Positions 15,046 through 28,477 are shown, counted from the first letter of the whole stretch. The stretch: 63,114 nt of DNA, filler included, from Bigelowiella natans CCMP2755 (GCA_000320545.1; 6 parts of 6 records of this genome joined end to end with filler, not necessarily neighbours in it), one strand, 5' to 3'. Notes: a model not told the origin generated them from the sequence alone. Numbers and translations: made by a program.

Positions 15046-15139
15046 TCTAATGCTATCATTGCTGTACATGGCTGGATGGCGGTTCGCTCTGATTTTGTTT
15101 CGCTACACGCATGTGCGCATAAAAGCTAATGCGTACTCG

Positions 15140-17915
15140 TTACACTCCAGCACTTCTCATAATGGAATTTAGATATGCATGCTGTGTCTGCCTATTATTT
15201 ATACTCTGAGCAAACATGCACAGGCTATGAAACCCTAGAACTTTGCTACGCAGGTCCCGGTGGCGGGTGCAATCCACCTTCGCCAAGCAGGTGGTATCAA
15301 GGCAATGGGCATTTTTATCGCGCATGCCCTAATGACACCATTTCATTATGAAGATTGTCTTTAGCTCCACGGTTGGCTCAAATGCAATATTTCCATTACC
15401 CAGTTGCACATAGCCAGGTGATATTGGTCCATCATCAAATATTTTGCTGAATAAAAAATGAAAATTTATATCATAAAGATTAAGGTCTCTCGAAGTTGGT
15501 GATTTAAATTGAAATGGAAAAACAGATACCCAACTGGCAAATACCTTGGTATGCCACCATGCTGGTTTGAAACTTTTAGTGCTTGGGGGTGATTCAGGTA
15601 GCTCATAGACAGGTCGATTACATGGATTTGGGTCCTTAGAAAAGTGATTGCAGGCGATGAAGGATATCAACAAAATATCCCGTTTCATGCGATACACTGA
15701 TTAGATATATATTTTTAATCACCGAGGTTGATTTGTTTATTACCAAGGTTCTCCCCCTATATGAAAATTTCTCCACTGGCGAGCTGCATCAAAACAATAT
15801 TAAGTACAACATCTTAAAGCTTCAGATTCCATTTACCCTGGATGATTTAAAGTTTCCACCTGACAAATGTCGAGAAACTAGTTAGCACAGATTACATCAA
15901 ATATTCATGCGACTCACCTGTGGAGCGCCTCCGGATTTCAAATGGCTTCCTTGATGCAGGTGCCTACGTGAGGAAGCCCGAGGCATTGCATCGCTTCTAA
16001 CTGGAGTAATCATCTTTTTGCTGAATCGTTCCTTTATCTCTTTTGATGGTTGATGTGGTGCAAAAACCTCCAAGATCATATGAATTATGAAGAATAAATT
16101 TAGGATTACTAGCTCGTTCTGTTCGATCATTACCTTACGACCTTGGATTTTATCAGTCCAAGAAGGAGCTTTTAAGATTTTTTTGGTGTACTTAATGCCT
16201 GTTTTAAAAAAAATGACTTACATAGTTCCAGGGAAAAGGGGAAACTACACATCGTTGTACTAATTTCTGGGCGATCCCAGGGTGCGGTCGCTTTTCCAAC
16301 TCTGTTTGTGTGGTAATTAGTACTCAAATATCATTTCAAAACTCTTGGTACCCGAATGCCATCTTCCCACGCATCGGTATTTCTTTTCTGCTACTTTTTT
16401 GCTGAGATAAGAACCAAATTAAATTGACTATTGATTTATGCTGTTTCATGCTACTTGTTTCACTTACCCCTATAACCTTTTTTCTATTTACTGATTCTTT
16501 GCGCATTGGTGCGGGAACTACTTTCCGTGACAGTTTTGTAACCCTTGTGTAATAATTCATCACAAACTTAGTCTGTCACGCAATCATTGTCAGTATGAGA
16601 AACCTCTCAGGTTTTTCCCATGGAGCGATCAAAACATGGCGCCCTGTAGTTTTTGATGGCCTTGCTGGTGTGTATGTTTTTGCAGAGTAGGTCTTAGCAG
16701 AGTAAGTCCTATTACGGGTTCCGGGTCCTTTGCGTCCAGAAGAACGAGATCTAGATTAATTATGAGCATTTAGAAACACGATTTTTTATTGAGATCGACG
16801 ACAATACTCGCTACTTGCTACCTTCTTACGGGTCTACGCACAGCTGAAAGTTTTTGCGATTGAGAGAGTCCTGTTCTTGCGCTTTTCGAACTTTTTATGC
16901 TTCTCTCATCACTTCTCTCATCACTTCGAATAGTTGTGGAAGGTGAAACATTCATATCCAATTTTTGTAGCAATGGCGTCAGACTTGTAGCAATGCTTTG
17001 CGGAATCTAATTAAATTATCATCACACTGGTACAAAACAAACCAAGTTGATATCACCCCTTGTTTTTTAAGATGTGAAGGGTTGATTGAGTCTATCCCTT
17101 TCCCGTCTATGTCAACCTGTGGGTGTGTAATTTGAGAAACATGGGGATAATTTCTTGAGAATAAACCTGTCCTAAGACGCTCAATATCTGTGTCTGGTAG
17201 CGCTTCACTGAATCCACGAGCTATCAGGATATTGTATAAGAATCAAAGGGTTTTTTTTTAATGGATGAACGACCTTTGGTCCTTGTTTTACTCCCAGAAG
17301 AAAATGCTGCTTGTCCTCCCCTTTCGCTCGACACTCCATACATTAATAATGTTATTTAGATTTACATAATCACAATCAATATTGATGAAAATACTTGTAA
17401 TTTCTTTAGCATTCCTCGTCGTTTTTTATGTCTTTCAAATCTAGCGTTTTGCTCAGCTAGTCTATGGATAAGCCAAATTTGGTCAACAAAATAGACTGTG
17501 ATGGAGCTCTAAATTACTTCTTTAGAATTTTGGTTTTCCTCTCCTCCTCCAGGCTATTACATGAATCTTGACGTTATCACTTTGAAAACTGAATGGCATC
17601 AAATCTAAATTACCGATTAGCTTTTCCCCTTTGGTTTCTATGTTTGTTTGCTTTTCCATTCTGACGAAAAATAACATCAGATTAACAGAAGAAATCTGGC
17701 AGTTTACTATTATGCATTGTTGATCCTCATCGCATAGATAGATTCTTAGACATGTCATTCATTACCTGTTTCGTGGATCTTTTTTTCACCTCAGAATTAT
17801 CCGGAAACTTACTCTTCATACTTGAAGTACTTTTTACAGAAGGCGGTCCATTTGGATTCTCTGTTGATGTAGGTTCAGAAGCATCAACCACAATGGCGAC
17901 CGGCGCGGCCATCAT
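15140..17915 (-). CDS. Hypothetical basic protein; AT-rich gene with many short introns
   Basis: ATG at 17915 (MMAAPVAIVVDASEPTSTENP...). Short coding blocks (e.g. KLSRKVVPAPMRKE, ILEVFAPHQPSKEIKERFSKK, ACNHFSKDPNPCNRPVYELPESPP) are separated by short AT-rich introns without microsatellites. No family recognised; 3' end approximate. Confidence 0.45.
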
Positions 17916-18010
17916 TGAAAACAGAGGAAAATTATTCTCTAGAAATCTTTAAGATTTAATAATTGTTCAAATAGAAATTTAATTTATACTTAAACGCACT
18001 GCACAAGCTA

Positions 18011-19140
18011 CACAGGTCGGATCATGGAGGCAAAGGGGTCCCATTTTGCGCACAAATGGTCTGCAAAGTCATTTTGTAAACATTGAATTCAAAGTTCAAC
18101 GGTCTGGAAAATGCTGCTTGGCAATGTTGAAGCTTTGTCGCACCATCAAAAGGATCGGCGTTCATTTTTAAAATTTGGCGCGAAACCGCAAACCAAGCGT
18201 TTGCCTGCGAAACACTTTGTCTTGGGATCGATTCATTCATGAGGCCACGGGGGGAATCAGCGTGACCTGCAATCCTTTCAACCGCTCCTGTGGAAATGCA
18301 CAATTCATTCATTTGTTCACCCATTTTGGCGCTTTGTTGGAATGTCGATGTGAACTCGAACAAATCAATCAACCAGCCAATCAACAATCCGTTCCAGCGT
18401 TGTTGGAACGTGAAATGAACGTGAATTGACAATCACACTCGATCAAATGATCTGCGAAAGTTGGAACGTCGAAGTTGACGTGATTCGACCTGGTGGTGAA
18501 TGCTTGAGAGGGTCCAGTGCCTGAGAAAGGGTCTAGAGCTTCCAAGCAGCACAAACCTGCACCCCGCTAGCCTGCTAGCCTTTTGGATTGCCAAAACGAA
18601 TGTGAACCAACAAATCAATCAATCAATCAACCCAACGATCCAACGATTCTCGCTTTTCAAATGCACCACTGGCGCAACTTCGTGCACTTGTGGTTTCACG
18701 CATGCGCACTCATTGAGCTCAAATCAGTAAAAGTCTGCAAAAGTCAGGAAGAAAGGTTTCGCAAGCGCTCGCAGTCATCTCCATTCCCCGCCTACGAGCT
18801 CTTCCACACATTAGGATTGAAAAACGTCCAGTGTCTCGAGGCACCAACACCACTGCATGTCTTCCCCTTCCCTCTTATTCCCACCCCCAATGCTGCAAAT
18901 GAAAGCTATTTGAGAGTTGGAGAGCACCAGAGCTAGCAGAGGACATGCTTCCGGAGGCGGCCAGCTAGCCAGATCTAGAGATCGCCAAACGTCAAAGACA
19001 CACTGCAAAAAGGAGACGTTGAGTGAAAGGGAAAATGACGAGAGAGTGGTTGCAAGCAAGCTAATTAGGCAGCAGCAGCATCGCTTGGCCAACTCTTCAC
19101 GATGGAATCACGCAACACGAGCTAGCGAGGCTTGGAAGGT
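18011..19140. other. TpA-depleted (hypermutated) island 2, probably a decayed repeat or foreign insert
   Basis: Only 16 TpA in ~1130 bp of moderately AT-rich DNA, none in 18171-18533; 7 of the 16 are CTAG. Flanks (e.g. 17941-18000) are TpA-rich. Confidence 0.7.
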
Positions 19141-19565
19141 TCTATAATTGTTCATAGATTTTCCGGGTTTAACTTGGTTAGGCACAGCTTCATCAAACAC
19201 TGCTAAAACACAAGAACAACATGTTGCAAATCGGATCAAACTCTCGGTCTGAATATTTATGAATTCAATGTTTTGCAACATTTTCCCAATTTGCAGTTAA
19301 CCGCGAGGTTCCGTCTCAATGATTGATGTTCATTGCTGCTGTTTGCGTATGGATCTGCGTTGCAATTCTATGCCATTGATTGCACATACATGTCGTAGAT
19401 TGTCCACTCCAGCCACAACGTACGTACACTGATGTGCAATGCTACATGGAAGCACATACATGCTTGTGTATATGTCCTTTGTGTAGATGATATACTAGCT
19501 ATCAGGCTATACTGATAAAATTACTAATGATAAATATGTCTACATGCAGAAGATGTGTCGTTAGG

Positions 19566-20350
19566 CTATGTTCCCCAACCCCCCTCCTGGCCATGTTCAG
19601 CAGCCCCAAAACTAAAGACTGCTGGAACTCGTCTCGATTTCCCCGTGCTTCTCCCCAAGCGCGAAATCCCACGCCCAGTATGGCCGTGAACATTGCCACA
19701 GTTGTTTCTATCTTGATTAATCGATGTGCCTTTCGAAGTTCTTTCTTCGGAAGATGTCATGGTGGTCCTTGCACTATCATCATCATCTAAATCCATCTCT
19801 GCATTTCCTTGGGCAATAGTAACAGAGACATTGTCGCCGGTATGCCTGTTTTCGTACCTCTTATCGTCCATTTCCTGTCCAAAATACGAAATCAATTTAA
19901 TGCAATCCATCGATGTTTCAATAACCTAAATATCATGACTAAAAAATCAAATCAAATCAAATTCTCGTCGTATGTATGTCGCGTTACTCGATGGCACTTT
20001 TCACCCAACTCACAGTCTCTATTCATAAATTTCAACAAGCAATTGACCCATTCACTTCTAATTGTGCTCGAGGACGCTATGAATCTCGTCCCTTCCAACG
20101 ACGGAGAAACGCATTTCTTCCGGAGACTATAATTACAGCAAAAGCGTGGGAAAGCCCGAATTCAGAATTCAAAATCAACATATCTTTCTGGATGCTTCTA
20201 ACCTTCTTGGTTCGTCATATCTATAACTCACAGGGAACTTGTGGTGATGCGAAAGATGCTGACGTCTATTTGGTCTGAGGGGAGTAATTTGCACAACTGT
20301 ATTAGCATCATTTCATTCTGCTTGAATCAATATATTTGGAATTTATATTA

Positions 20351-20389
<39 letters not shown>

Positions 20390-21786
20390 ACTAGATTACA
20401 TTTTTATTGCACTTTAAATGTGTAGGGGCTACTGCATGATAGAAGCGACCTGCAAGCGAATTTCTGCCCACATCCTTCGACAAGGCATTCGAACTAAAAA
20501 AGGGATCAGATTATTGATTCTACAGCCTCGTGGAGGGTTGATCAAGTTTGCAGCGCATTTATCTCGTTGGGTTATTAAAAAAATGGCAATATTTTGAAGA
20601 CACTATCCGTATAGCAATTATTTTAATGTTTATGTTTCCGAATTTAATTTACAGTGAGGAGTAAGAATTTCATTTGTATAATTATGTGCTGTCGCTTCCT
20701 TCTTTCGTGTACGCACCATTTTCCTCCCCATGTCCACTTGTGCAAGGAAGAAGGCATCGTGTCGCTCTGAACCAAAAGGGACAATAACATCATTATAGGT
20801 AGAAAATACGGAAAATTCTTGCGTCCTACAACTCCAAGAATGGAAAATTCTTGATCACCAGAGATGTGAAGGCTGAGATATCGAGCGTTCGGAAAAGCCA
20901 GACCGCAACGCTCACACTATTTACGTATATTTTTGGTGAATGGGGATCCATTGTTGTGAAAATATTCTATCGAATAATTACCCTATGGCGATGAACAATT
21001 TCGTAATGGTCTTCAAATGCACGAAGGTTGTAGCAGACATACTTGCAACCAGCCTCTCGGCAGCGAATGCACTTATCACTTAGAACCAGTTATCGGATGG
21101 GGGGAAGGGGGGGGGCGAGGGATATGAATAAGTATTACTAAGATGAATGAAACAGATTTCGGAGTTCGTGAGGAAGTATCTCTTTCAATTGTGTTCGAAT
21201 TACTGCCCACGTTTCTATCCTCGCATTCATCAATCGCATCAGTTTTGGCATCTAGTGTTACACGCGACCCTGTTAGCTCTCCAACCCCCACCATTGAAAT
21301 ATCATCATTGGGAGGCTCTAAAAGCCATTGTTTTCCCATCAGCGCTCGCTCTGTGTCTCCTAAGAGAAAGAAGTCGGATTCTGCTGCGTACAACCTGGAA
21401 ACAGCATTGAAGGAGTCGTATCGAAAACCGCGCCAAACAAATCTCACATCGTAAAAAATATGGTAAAACTTAATACCTTCGAACACCGCCACTTTCTGTG
21501 CGCCTCCAGTGAACGTACTCCGTCGAGAGTTTGGTTTCGCTCGAGCAAGCATCGGCTTCCATTCGCAGGAGGAAGCTGTCGCCTCCCGGTTTGTTTTATC
21601 CGTCGGGAAAACAGCAGAATTATTAGGATGTTCGCCATGTTTTGCAGCATTTATCATAGACCTTCCACTCGATTTACACTGTCGCTCGGCAGGAAAATTC
21701 GGAATGAGACACATGTAGACACATTGCATAGCGCTGGGAAGATTTTCGTCTTTCTGGCTACAACACATCCGCAACACGCAACACAT
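19566..21786 (-). CDS. Hypothetical multi-exon protein, probably membrane-associated
   Basis: 236-aa open first block (21076-21786), hydrophobic exons (TITKLFIAIG, VAVWLFRTLDISAFTSLVIKNFPF), and a terminal exon 19566-19910. No family recognised. Confidence 0.4.
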
Positions 21787-22008
21787 ATACTCGGTCGGTT
21801 AAAGCGTTTCTGAGAGTACAGTTTGGGATCCCTTTTCTAACGAAAATCAGGAAAATACGCTGTCGCATGTGAAAATTCAGTGCATTTTGAAATGCTGAAA
21901 TGCTAGGTTTTATATCTTCGATCTATCCACATCGATGCACGATGAACGGGGGCGGCCATCTAACAGGACCTCCCCGTGCATTCTCTAGCACATCATAAAT
22001 CTCTTTTC

Positions 22009-24591
22009 ATGGAAGACATTAGTTTGGGCTCGCCGATCAATTCTGGTGGGGAGAGACTTGGACTTAAAAGAGGCCTCGTGAGAGGTGTTAAATGTCCGAG
22101 GTGTGGACGGCGCTATGAAAGCACTTCTGTTATGCTAACCCATTTGAAGGAGTCCCATTTTATTTCGAAAAGAAATAGCAGACCTACAAAACAGGAAAAA
22201 CATAATTCTGCAAACAACAAAGAAGACAAAAAAATAATTAGTAAGAATGCCAAACAGACGCCATTGAGCACGCCGAAGCGTTGTCGTCTCGTGGTTGACT
22301 TTGATGCTCTCCTCTCCGATGAAGAGCAGGAATATATGCACGCGTGGAGGGCAGAATCAGCTCCCTCAACGCCAGGTTCGAAGTTCTCCGCACATACCGC
22401 CAACTCTAACGGGAAAAGAAAAATCGAGAGTCCCGTTGGTACTAGGAGGGGGGGCGATCCGAAATCCCCCAAGATTCCATATATCATCGACCTCGACGCC
22501 TTATTTGAAAATAATGGTGGGGGAGGCCAATCCACTGCCAGCGCAGTTGAAACCTTAATCAACCCAGCTTGCAATAGAGTCAACGATTGTGCTGCTACTA
22601 CTTCAAAGCAGGGGAATCATGTTGGTAAGGCACTTTCCTCCCAGACTGGTGATGCAGAACGCCAAAAGGTTACATCGGCAGCTCTTCGCGATAACGCGTC
22701 AATGTCTGCAGCGAGCATACGCGTATCTTCTAAGAACAAAGCTACAACATCTCTCGCAAAGGATAGTAAAGCGCAGCAAAAGGTACTGCGGTCTAAACTC
22801 AAAACGAGCAATAAAATGAAGGGGAAACCCTCCCCGTTCCCTGTGCGCAGCCCCGGGTTAAAGAGTAGGAACACGGGCAGCAGTTTGATGCCTCTACATG
22901 ATTCGATAGAAGACACCCTGAGCCGTAATGATCGAGGATGGAAGTTTTTCCCATGCTTAAGCCTCAGAACAACCTTTTTCGTCGCATCGATCTTGCTGCT
23001 ACTCTACGCGGGAACGAGCACATTGATCCTTGTCGTGACAATCGGGCAGCACCGCGCTCAAGTGGATGAAGGCTACGATTTCCAAATCCTGGTGTATTAC
23101 ACCTACCTCTTCGGGCAGGAGGCGTGCTTGTTCGTCCTCTACTTGCGCACCATTAAGCCTTCTTTGGTCCGCCGAGAAAACATACGCACGTGGGGCGGGA
23201 TCATCGCCACGATGTGTTTCCTCCGGGTCATGATTGAATGGCGGCTTGTTCGCGCTGGCAGCCCGTCGGCAGTTGTGGGGATTTTCGCAATTCTCTACGG
23301 CCTTGCCAATATGACGGCAATCCTGTTCTACCCCTTGCATCTACTGCTGAATGCGAACAGGCTGGGCGATGCGGGCGGGGGGGGGAGAGTAGCTCGGTGC
23401 TGGGAAGTCCTCAGTGTTACGAAGTACCCTGCGATGGTTCTCTTCTACTTGCCACTAATGGTGCTGACCTTTTGTCTCCCGTTAGCCTTCCCGTTTGACC
23501 AAGCAATCTTCACTCTGCTGCTGGCCGTTTGGTCAGTCTTTGGAGTTGTCGCGCTCATAGGCATGGTGGCGATGAAGGAATGTCTGCGACATGATCACAT
23601 AGGCTACGTGCTCTATTGCGCGTTAACATCGTATAGCCCGCGCGTGATTGGGAATGTGATATCAGCGCTGACGCGGCTGAACTTCGCCTATAAGGGCGTT
23701 ATGCTCGTCGTTGCGACGAAGGTATGAAAAGCACGGTTTTAGCCTTCCAGCAATGCGTTGTAGATGGTTGAATAGTCTTCTTCCATTTTATACATTCTCT
23801 TGTATGAAGCTTGAGTAGTCTTCTTCCATTTTATACATTCTCTTTTATGACGAGTTCTTCTAACGTTGGCCGGCATGTCTTACGTATGCGTGTTCCACTA
23901 TAGCATGCTGTGCTCACTGCCTCCTCCTTCTCCTTCTCCCCCTCATCCTCCTCCTCCTCATTCTCCTCCTCCTCATCCTCTTCCCCCGTGTCATTGTACG
24001 GCACCAACCAACATATTAGGTGATCTTCCAGGTGGGCATGTTCATGACGTCAGTACAGCTCAATGTCCTAATTACACACGGGGCGCGCCAAACGAACTCA
24101 CTGCTCTTCGCGTGGCAGTTTGGCCAGTACTTCATCGTCAACGCACTATTTCTGGACGGGGGGCTCGACGGGGAGTTTGTCGTGATGTTCATCGTCAATA
24201 TGGCCTCCTCAATCCTCAGAGACAGCGGTAAGCAGCACCGGTTATGTGCGGCAGTTTGTTATCCTCTCCAACTATACCTGTCTCCTCTTATCGCGACGAT
24301 TCTTCTCTCTCCCCCCCCCCCCCCTCCCACCAGGAATATTGCACGAATTCTTCTGCAAATACATAATGAAGATGACGGAGAGCACCGACATAGCGAATGA
24401 GATGCGGGAAATATATACCCTCACACAGCAGAACTCGCTCGCGGAGGTGCTATGCGCGCCGTTACTCCTCGTGATGGTGATGGTCGAGTACGCGGCGACC
24501 GGGGGAGAGACGCCATTAGGAATCCCAATCATCATGTCAAATGTGGACAGGTAGCCGCGAAAGTTTGGGATCTAGTGCGCGAATAGAATAT

Positions 24592-24643
<52 letters not shown>

Positions 24644-25877
24644 AAATCGCTAATCTCTCTACCGGTGTTTGTTTGTTTTGTAAACCAGAGCGAAGATAAC
24701 GGACGTGTTGCTGATTTTCGTGATCATGGTGTCTACGAACATCCTCATCGGCTGGACGGGGAACCATTTATTTACCAAGCGAATGTCCAGGTTCGTAAAG
24801 AGAAGGGAGAGATAGAGTATGGGAGAGGAGATGGTCACAGAGGCATATCAGAGGGGGGGGGGGGTTGAGTATAATACGGAGGAGGAGCGACAGGACAGCA
24901 TATGCATTCGCTGCATAACTTTCTCGCTTAGCATCTTGAAATTGCTCCCTTCATTCTATCCTCGTGGCAGGTTGGAAAAGAAGTCGATCGTGACTCGCCT
25001 GAGCTCCCCTCGGTTGTTAAAAAACTCATCACTCGCTTCGCTCCAAATCGACGACGTGCCAGAGCTAGACGAGGGGGGGGGGGCAGCTGCTGACGCTATC
25101 GGGGATACTCCCAAAAGCCACCCAGATGTGTCTGAACGTGCCACTTCCACCGTCGTATCAGGTCTTAGCATTGCGTAGACCTGCAGTTTGGGTTAATACC
25201 AGCCTCCCTTCAAATATGTGTAATAGCCATAGACACTTCTTACATGAGCGAGTGCTAGCGTGTGCGCCTAACAGCATCATAACCCTCCAGGCGGCGCTGC
25301 AGACGGCCGCTCAAGTCCACCCGACCTCGAAGAAAAGCGTTCGAGCTTTGCGCCGCAGGGCTTGGGAAGCTTAAAGGACGTGACGTTCGCGATGTACGAC
25401 AACACAGACGAGCGAGAACAGGACGGGAAGGAAACGGCAAAGGCCGGTGACGCTCGTCCTCGGCCCGAGCATAAACAGGGAGAGAGCATAGTCTCGCAAC
25501 CATCAGTGGGAGAACCATCAACGCCGGCCAGAGACGTTCGTTTTTCTCAAGAATCATCCTCTCGCCCCTCTACGAGTGACGCCAAACCCCGTCCTAGCGA
25601 TAGAAGCGACTCGACGAGCAGCTCTGCGGCCATGTCCCTCTCTCGAGTTTTAGGTGGAGGCGACGGCAGAACTCGATTGAGAGAAAGCAACAGTAGAAGT
25701 AGGTATATGAAAGGCAGGAAGATGACCCGCCACCGGCAGCATACGCGAATGTCCATCTTTGCCAAGAAAAGAGTGAAAGGTAAGATTTACGACTTGTGGC
25801 GGGACAACGGGCTGCTGTTTTTTATCGTTATGTGCGTCATAATCAACTCAACGCGACATTGGACGTTGATGGGTTAA
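22009..25877 (+). CDS. N-terminal C2H2 zinc finger, disordered linker and multi-pass transmembrane domain protein
   Basis: The ~1.7-kb first exon contains CPRCGRRYESTSVMLTHLKESH (C-x2-C-x12-H-x4-H) and several hydrophobic helices. Further TM exons lie at ~24020-24228, ~24333-24551 and ~24689-24790. The last exon ends ...LLFFIVMCVIINSTRHWTLMG-TAA at 25877. Confidence 0.7.
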
Positions 25878-26654
25878 ACATCCACGATCGGAAACTCGTG
25901 GGGGCAAGACGCTCGCCTCCTTCTGCGTGTGTACATAAAGTCTAGAAATAAAGTTGCGTTGGAGGGGTGGTAACACGGGACAATACTCACTGATATTCGG
26001 GCATGCTGTGTGCTAGTATGTGATAGCGACTTGAGCACATAAAACCAAAAGCAATCAGCGCGCAGGCTAGCAGGGCCGTTCTAGCGTTGTGCAATCTAGA
26101 AATGCTGCGTCGAGCCTGAAGCGCAAAAGCGACATAAGTTGTCACATTGGTGTCGCTGTGCATCTGTGCATGCGGTCGAAGCAAAGAAGCGGCCATCGCC
26201 TCACTAGCTCGCAATAGCATTTACGTTATTTAGGCTGAGATATACTAGTATAATGAACTGATAAGTGCTCGCAACATTTTAGCCTCTACTGCTCAGGAAC
26301 TTAATAATCTGACGCTGTGATTGCTGTTACATATGCGCTAGCATGCTTGTTCGAGCTAAATTATCTACTGACACCAAGAAGACTTTTTAGCGATGTCTTG
26401 ACCTTCAAAGCGCGAGATTCAGCACTTCTAGACTTCTAGACTTGGCACTTCGTGGCTGCTATACTGCAATAGTGCATGTTAATGTAGTGAATATGCGCTG
26501 TGACTTGCACATGCATGCACACAACTTTATTCAAGCACTATTTCCAACACGCCGCCATTGGACGTAATGAACTCGGTGAGGCATGATCTAATTCGAGAAA
26601 TTGAGCTCCAGATATCATGATGTCCTCCGACACAGCATCATCATCTATGCACGC

Positions 26655-27746
26655 TCACAAACCAAAACACATTTTACACCACCTTTTCCCTACACTACTC
26701 CAGCTTCTGTCGCCGCATCCAATCTTCTGATAACTAAGTAGAAACTCTTCTTGATTCTTGTTAAAGGATCCCTTTCGTATGCTTCGAATGGCAATTATTG
26801 CATCAACAGGGTCCATTCCAAGCTCAATCAGACCAATTGCAGTACAGACTGGAGCTCTAAAAAGTGAATTAGTGTAAGCGGGACATTTTTAGGGCAAAGA
26901 TATAACCATGATTTCTCCACTACAAGTAAGAATAGCTATGTGCTGTGCGAAATTATGGAAGCCAGCTCGCTGTGTGGAGTATGTGCAAAATCAGACATGC
27001 TAAATTTGGAACGATAAAATGATCGACTTCTAGTCCTTTGATTTATGGTATCAATGTCATCTTTGCCACCTTCCAAGTCCGGTGATACAATGTACGGCTA
27101 CCGTTGTCGTTGCGGGTTTGGTGCTGTTGCTGCCTTCTTTCTTTTGTTTGCCTTTCTCCTTACCGAACACATCGTCGATGATTTGAAGCCATTTATCCAC
27201 AATGCTTCTGGAGGGAGCACTGCCATCTTTAATGTAAAGATCCTAGGAAATTCAAAAGAAGTTGTCATGGAGTTTATCGGTTCTCGTTACCAATGCTGGC
27301 CTTGTATCGATTATAGAATTCACGATGTACTAACACCTAGGGCTATATAATTCTAAGATATAGGAAGCGATCGATTCTCAGAGGCTTGGTTTAAGAATAT
27401 GAGAGTATTCTGTTTTTATCATCAGTGGGATAATTTAGTTACATCTTCTCCACAGTCGGAAAAAATACTTCCATAAAATTACCTTAACCGCGATGCCTTT
27501 TGCCTTCAGCCTGTCAGCAGAGTAGGCTGGCTCGCATGTTCGCACGACGGTACTGACATTTTCGTTCTTTAGCACCTGCAGTTCAATATTGGTTACTTTA
27601 GCGACTTGGACCAAACTTGTACGATTCGACGAGAGATAAGTGACCTTGGCATACGCCTCGATGTTCCTCTCCGTAGGGGTCTCCATGATTAAGAAGCGAC
27701 GCTCTTTGTGAACGATCACTGCGGGGGCGGAGATTCCATAAGCCAT
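26655..27746 (-). CDS. PTP4A: PRL-type (PTP4A) prenylated protein tyrosine phosphatase
   Basis: Spliced translation: MAYGISAPAVIVHKERRFLIMETPT...VVRTCEPAY...DGSAP...VAVHCITGLGR/APVCTAIGLIELGMDPVDAI...RKGSFN..Q. It has a PRL-type P-loop (HCxxGLGRA) and a C-terminal CAAX box CFGL before TGA at 26655-26657. Confidence 0.9.
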
Positions 27747-28477
27747 ATTCTTCTTCTACAGCAAAACTTGAACTGTGCCTCGCTTTTTTGAAAAATTCCG
27801 TGTGTTCTCTTTCTTAAGAGCGGAATGGGAACGTTTTATCTAACCGCCCCTTATTCTGCAGATGTTCAGCAGCGACGAATGCGATGAGCTCGTCTATGCG
27901 GTAGTTGCTAAAGTTGTACGTTCTTCTGGGGATTCGTATATCGTAATCCTCCATACAATGTTGCAGTTTGAGTTGTGGGAGCCTGCCGCATGCGAGAATC
28001 CTCTCGCAAGCGTCGCTCGAAATGGGTAGCCGAAGTACACAGAAACGCATTTTATTTTCCGTCTACGACAACTCTATTATATTTGTCGCAGTATAATGTT
28101 TACCTATATTTCCATCGCATTTCGTCAATGTCCCTGCTTTCTCCCGGAAACTTCTGCGGCAACGTCCCTGAGAATTGGGACGCCTGCTCGAAAATAAGGC
28201 GATTTTCGCAAGATTGTCGCTGGAAACTCACAACTGAAATCTCTACGACCTGTCAACAATGGCCTAGAATTAGAGCCCTTTTGCAGGCTAATGCATCGAA
28301 AACAGTATGGCGCCAGCAGGAAATGGACTTCGTTTGGGCGTATTCCGGGCAATAATTGCGATCGGTAATAATTCGAATGGGAAAACGCCGAGGGAAAACT
28401 TTGAGAGCAGTAATCCATTTTTAGTCTGCGACATTAAACAAAATATTGTCGCGATATTTTATCAGATTCGTAGAAGA

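Noticed and set aside
23772-23850. ~37-bp near-tandem duplication (tagtcttcttccattttatacattctctt)
   Set aside because: Two copies only, inside an intron; an ordinary local duplication, not CRISPR-like.
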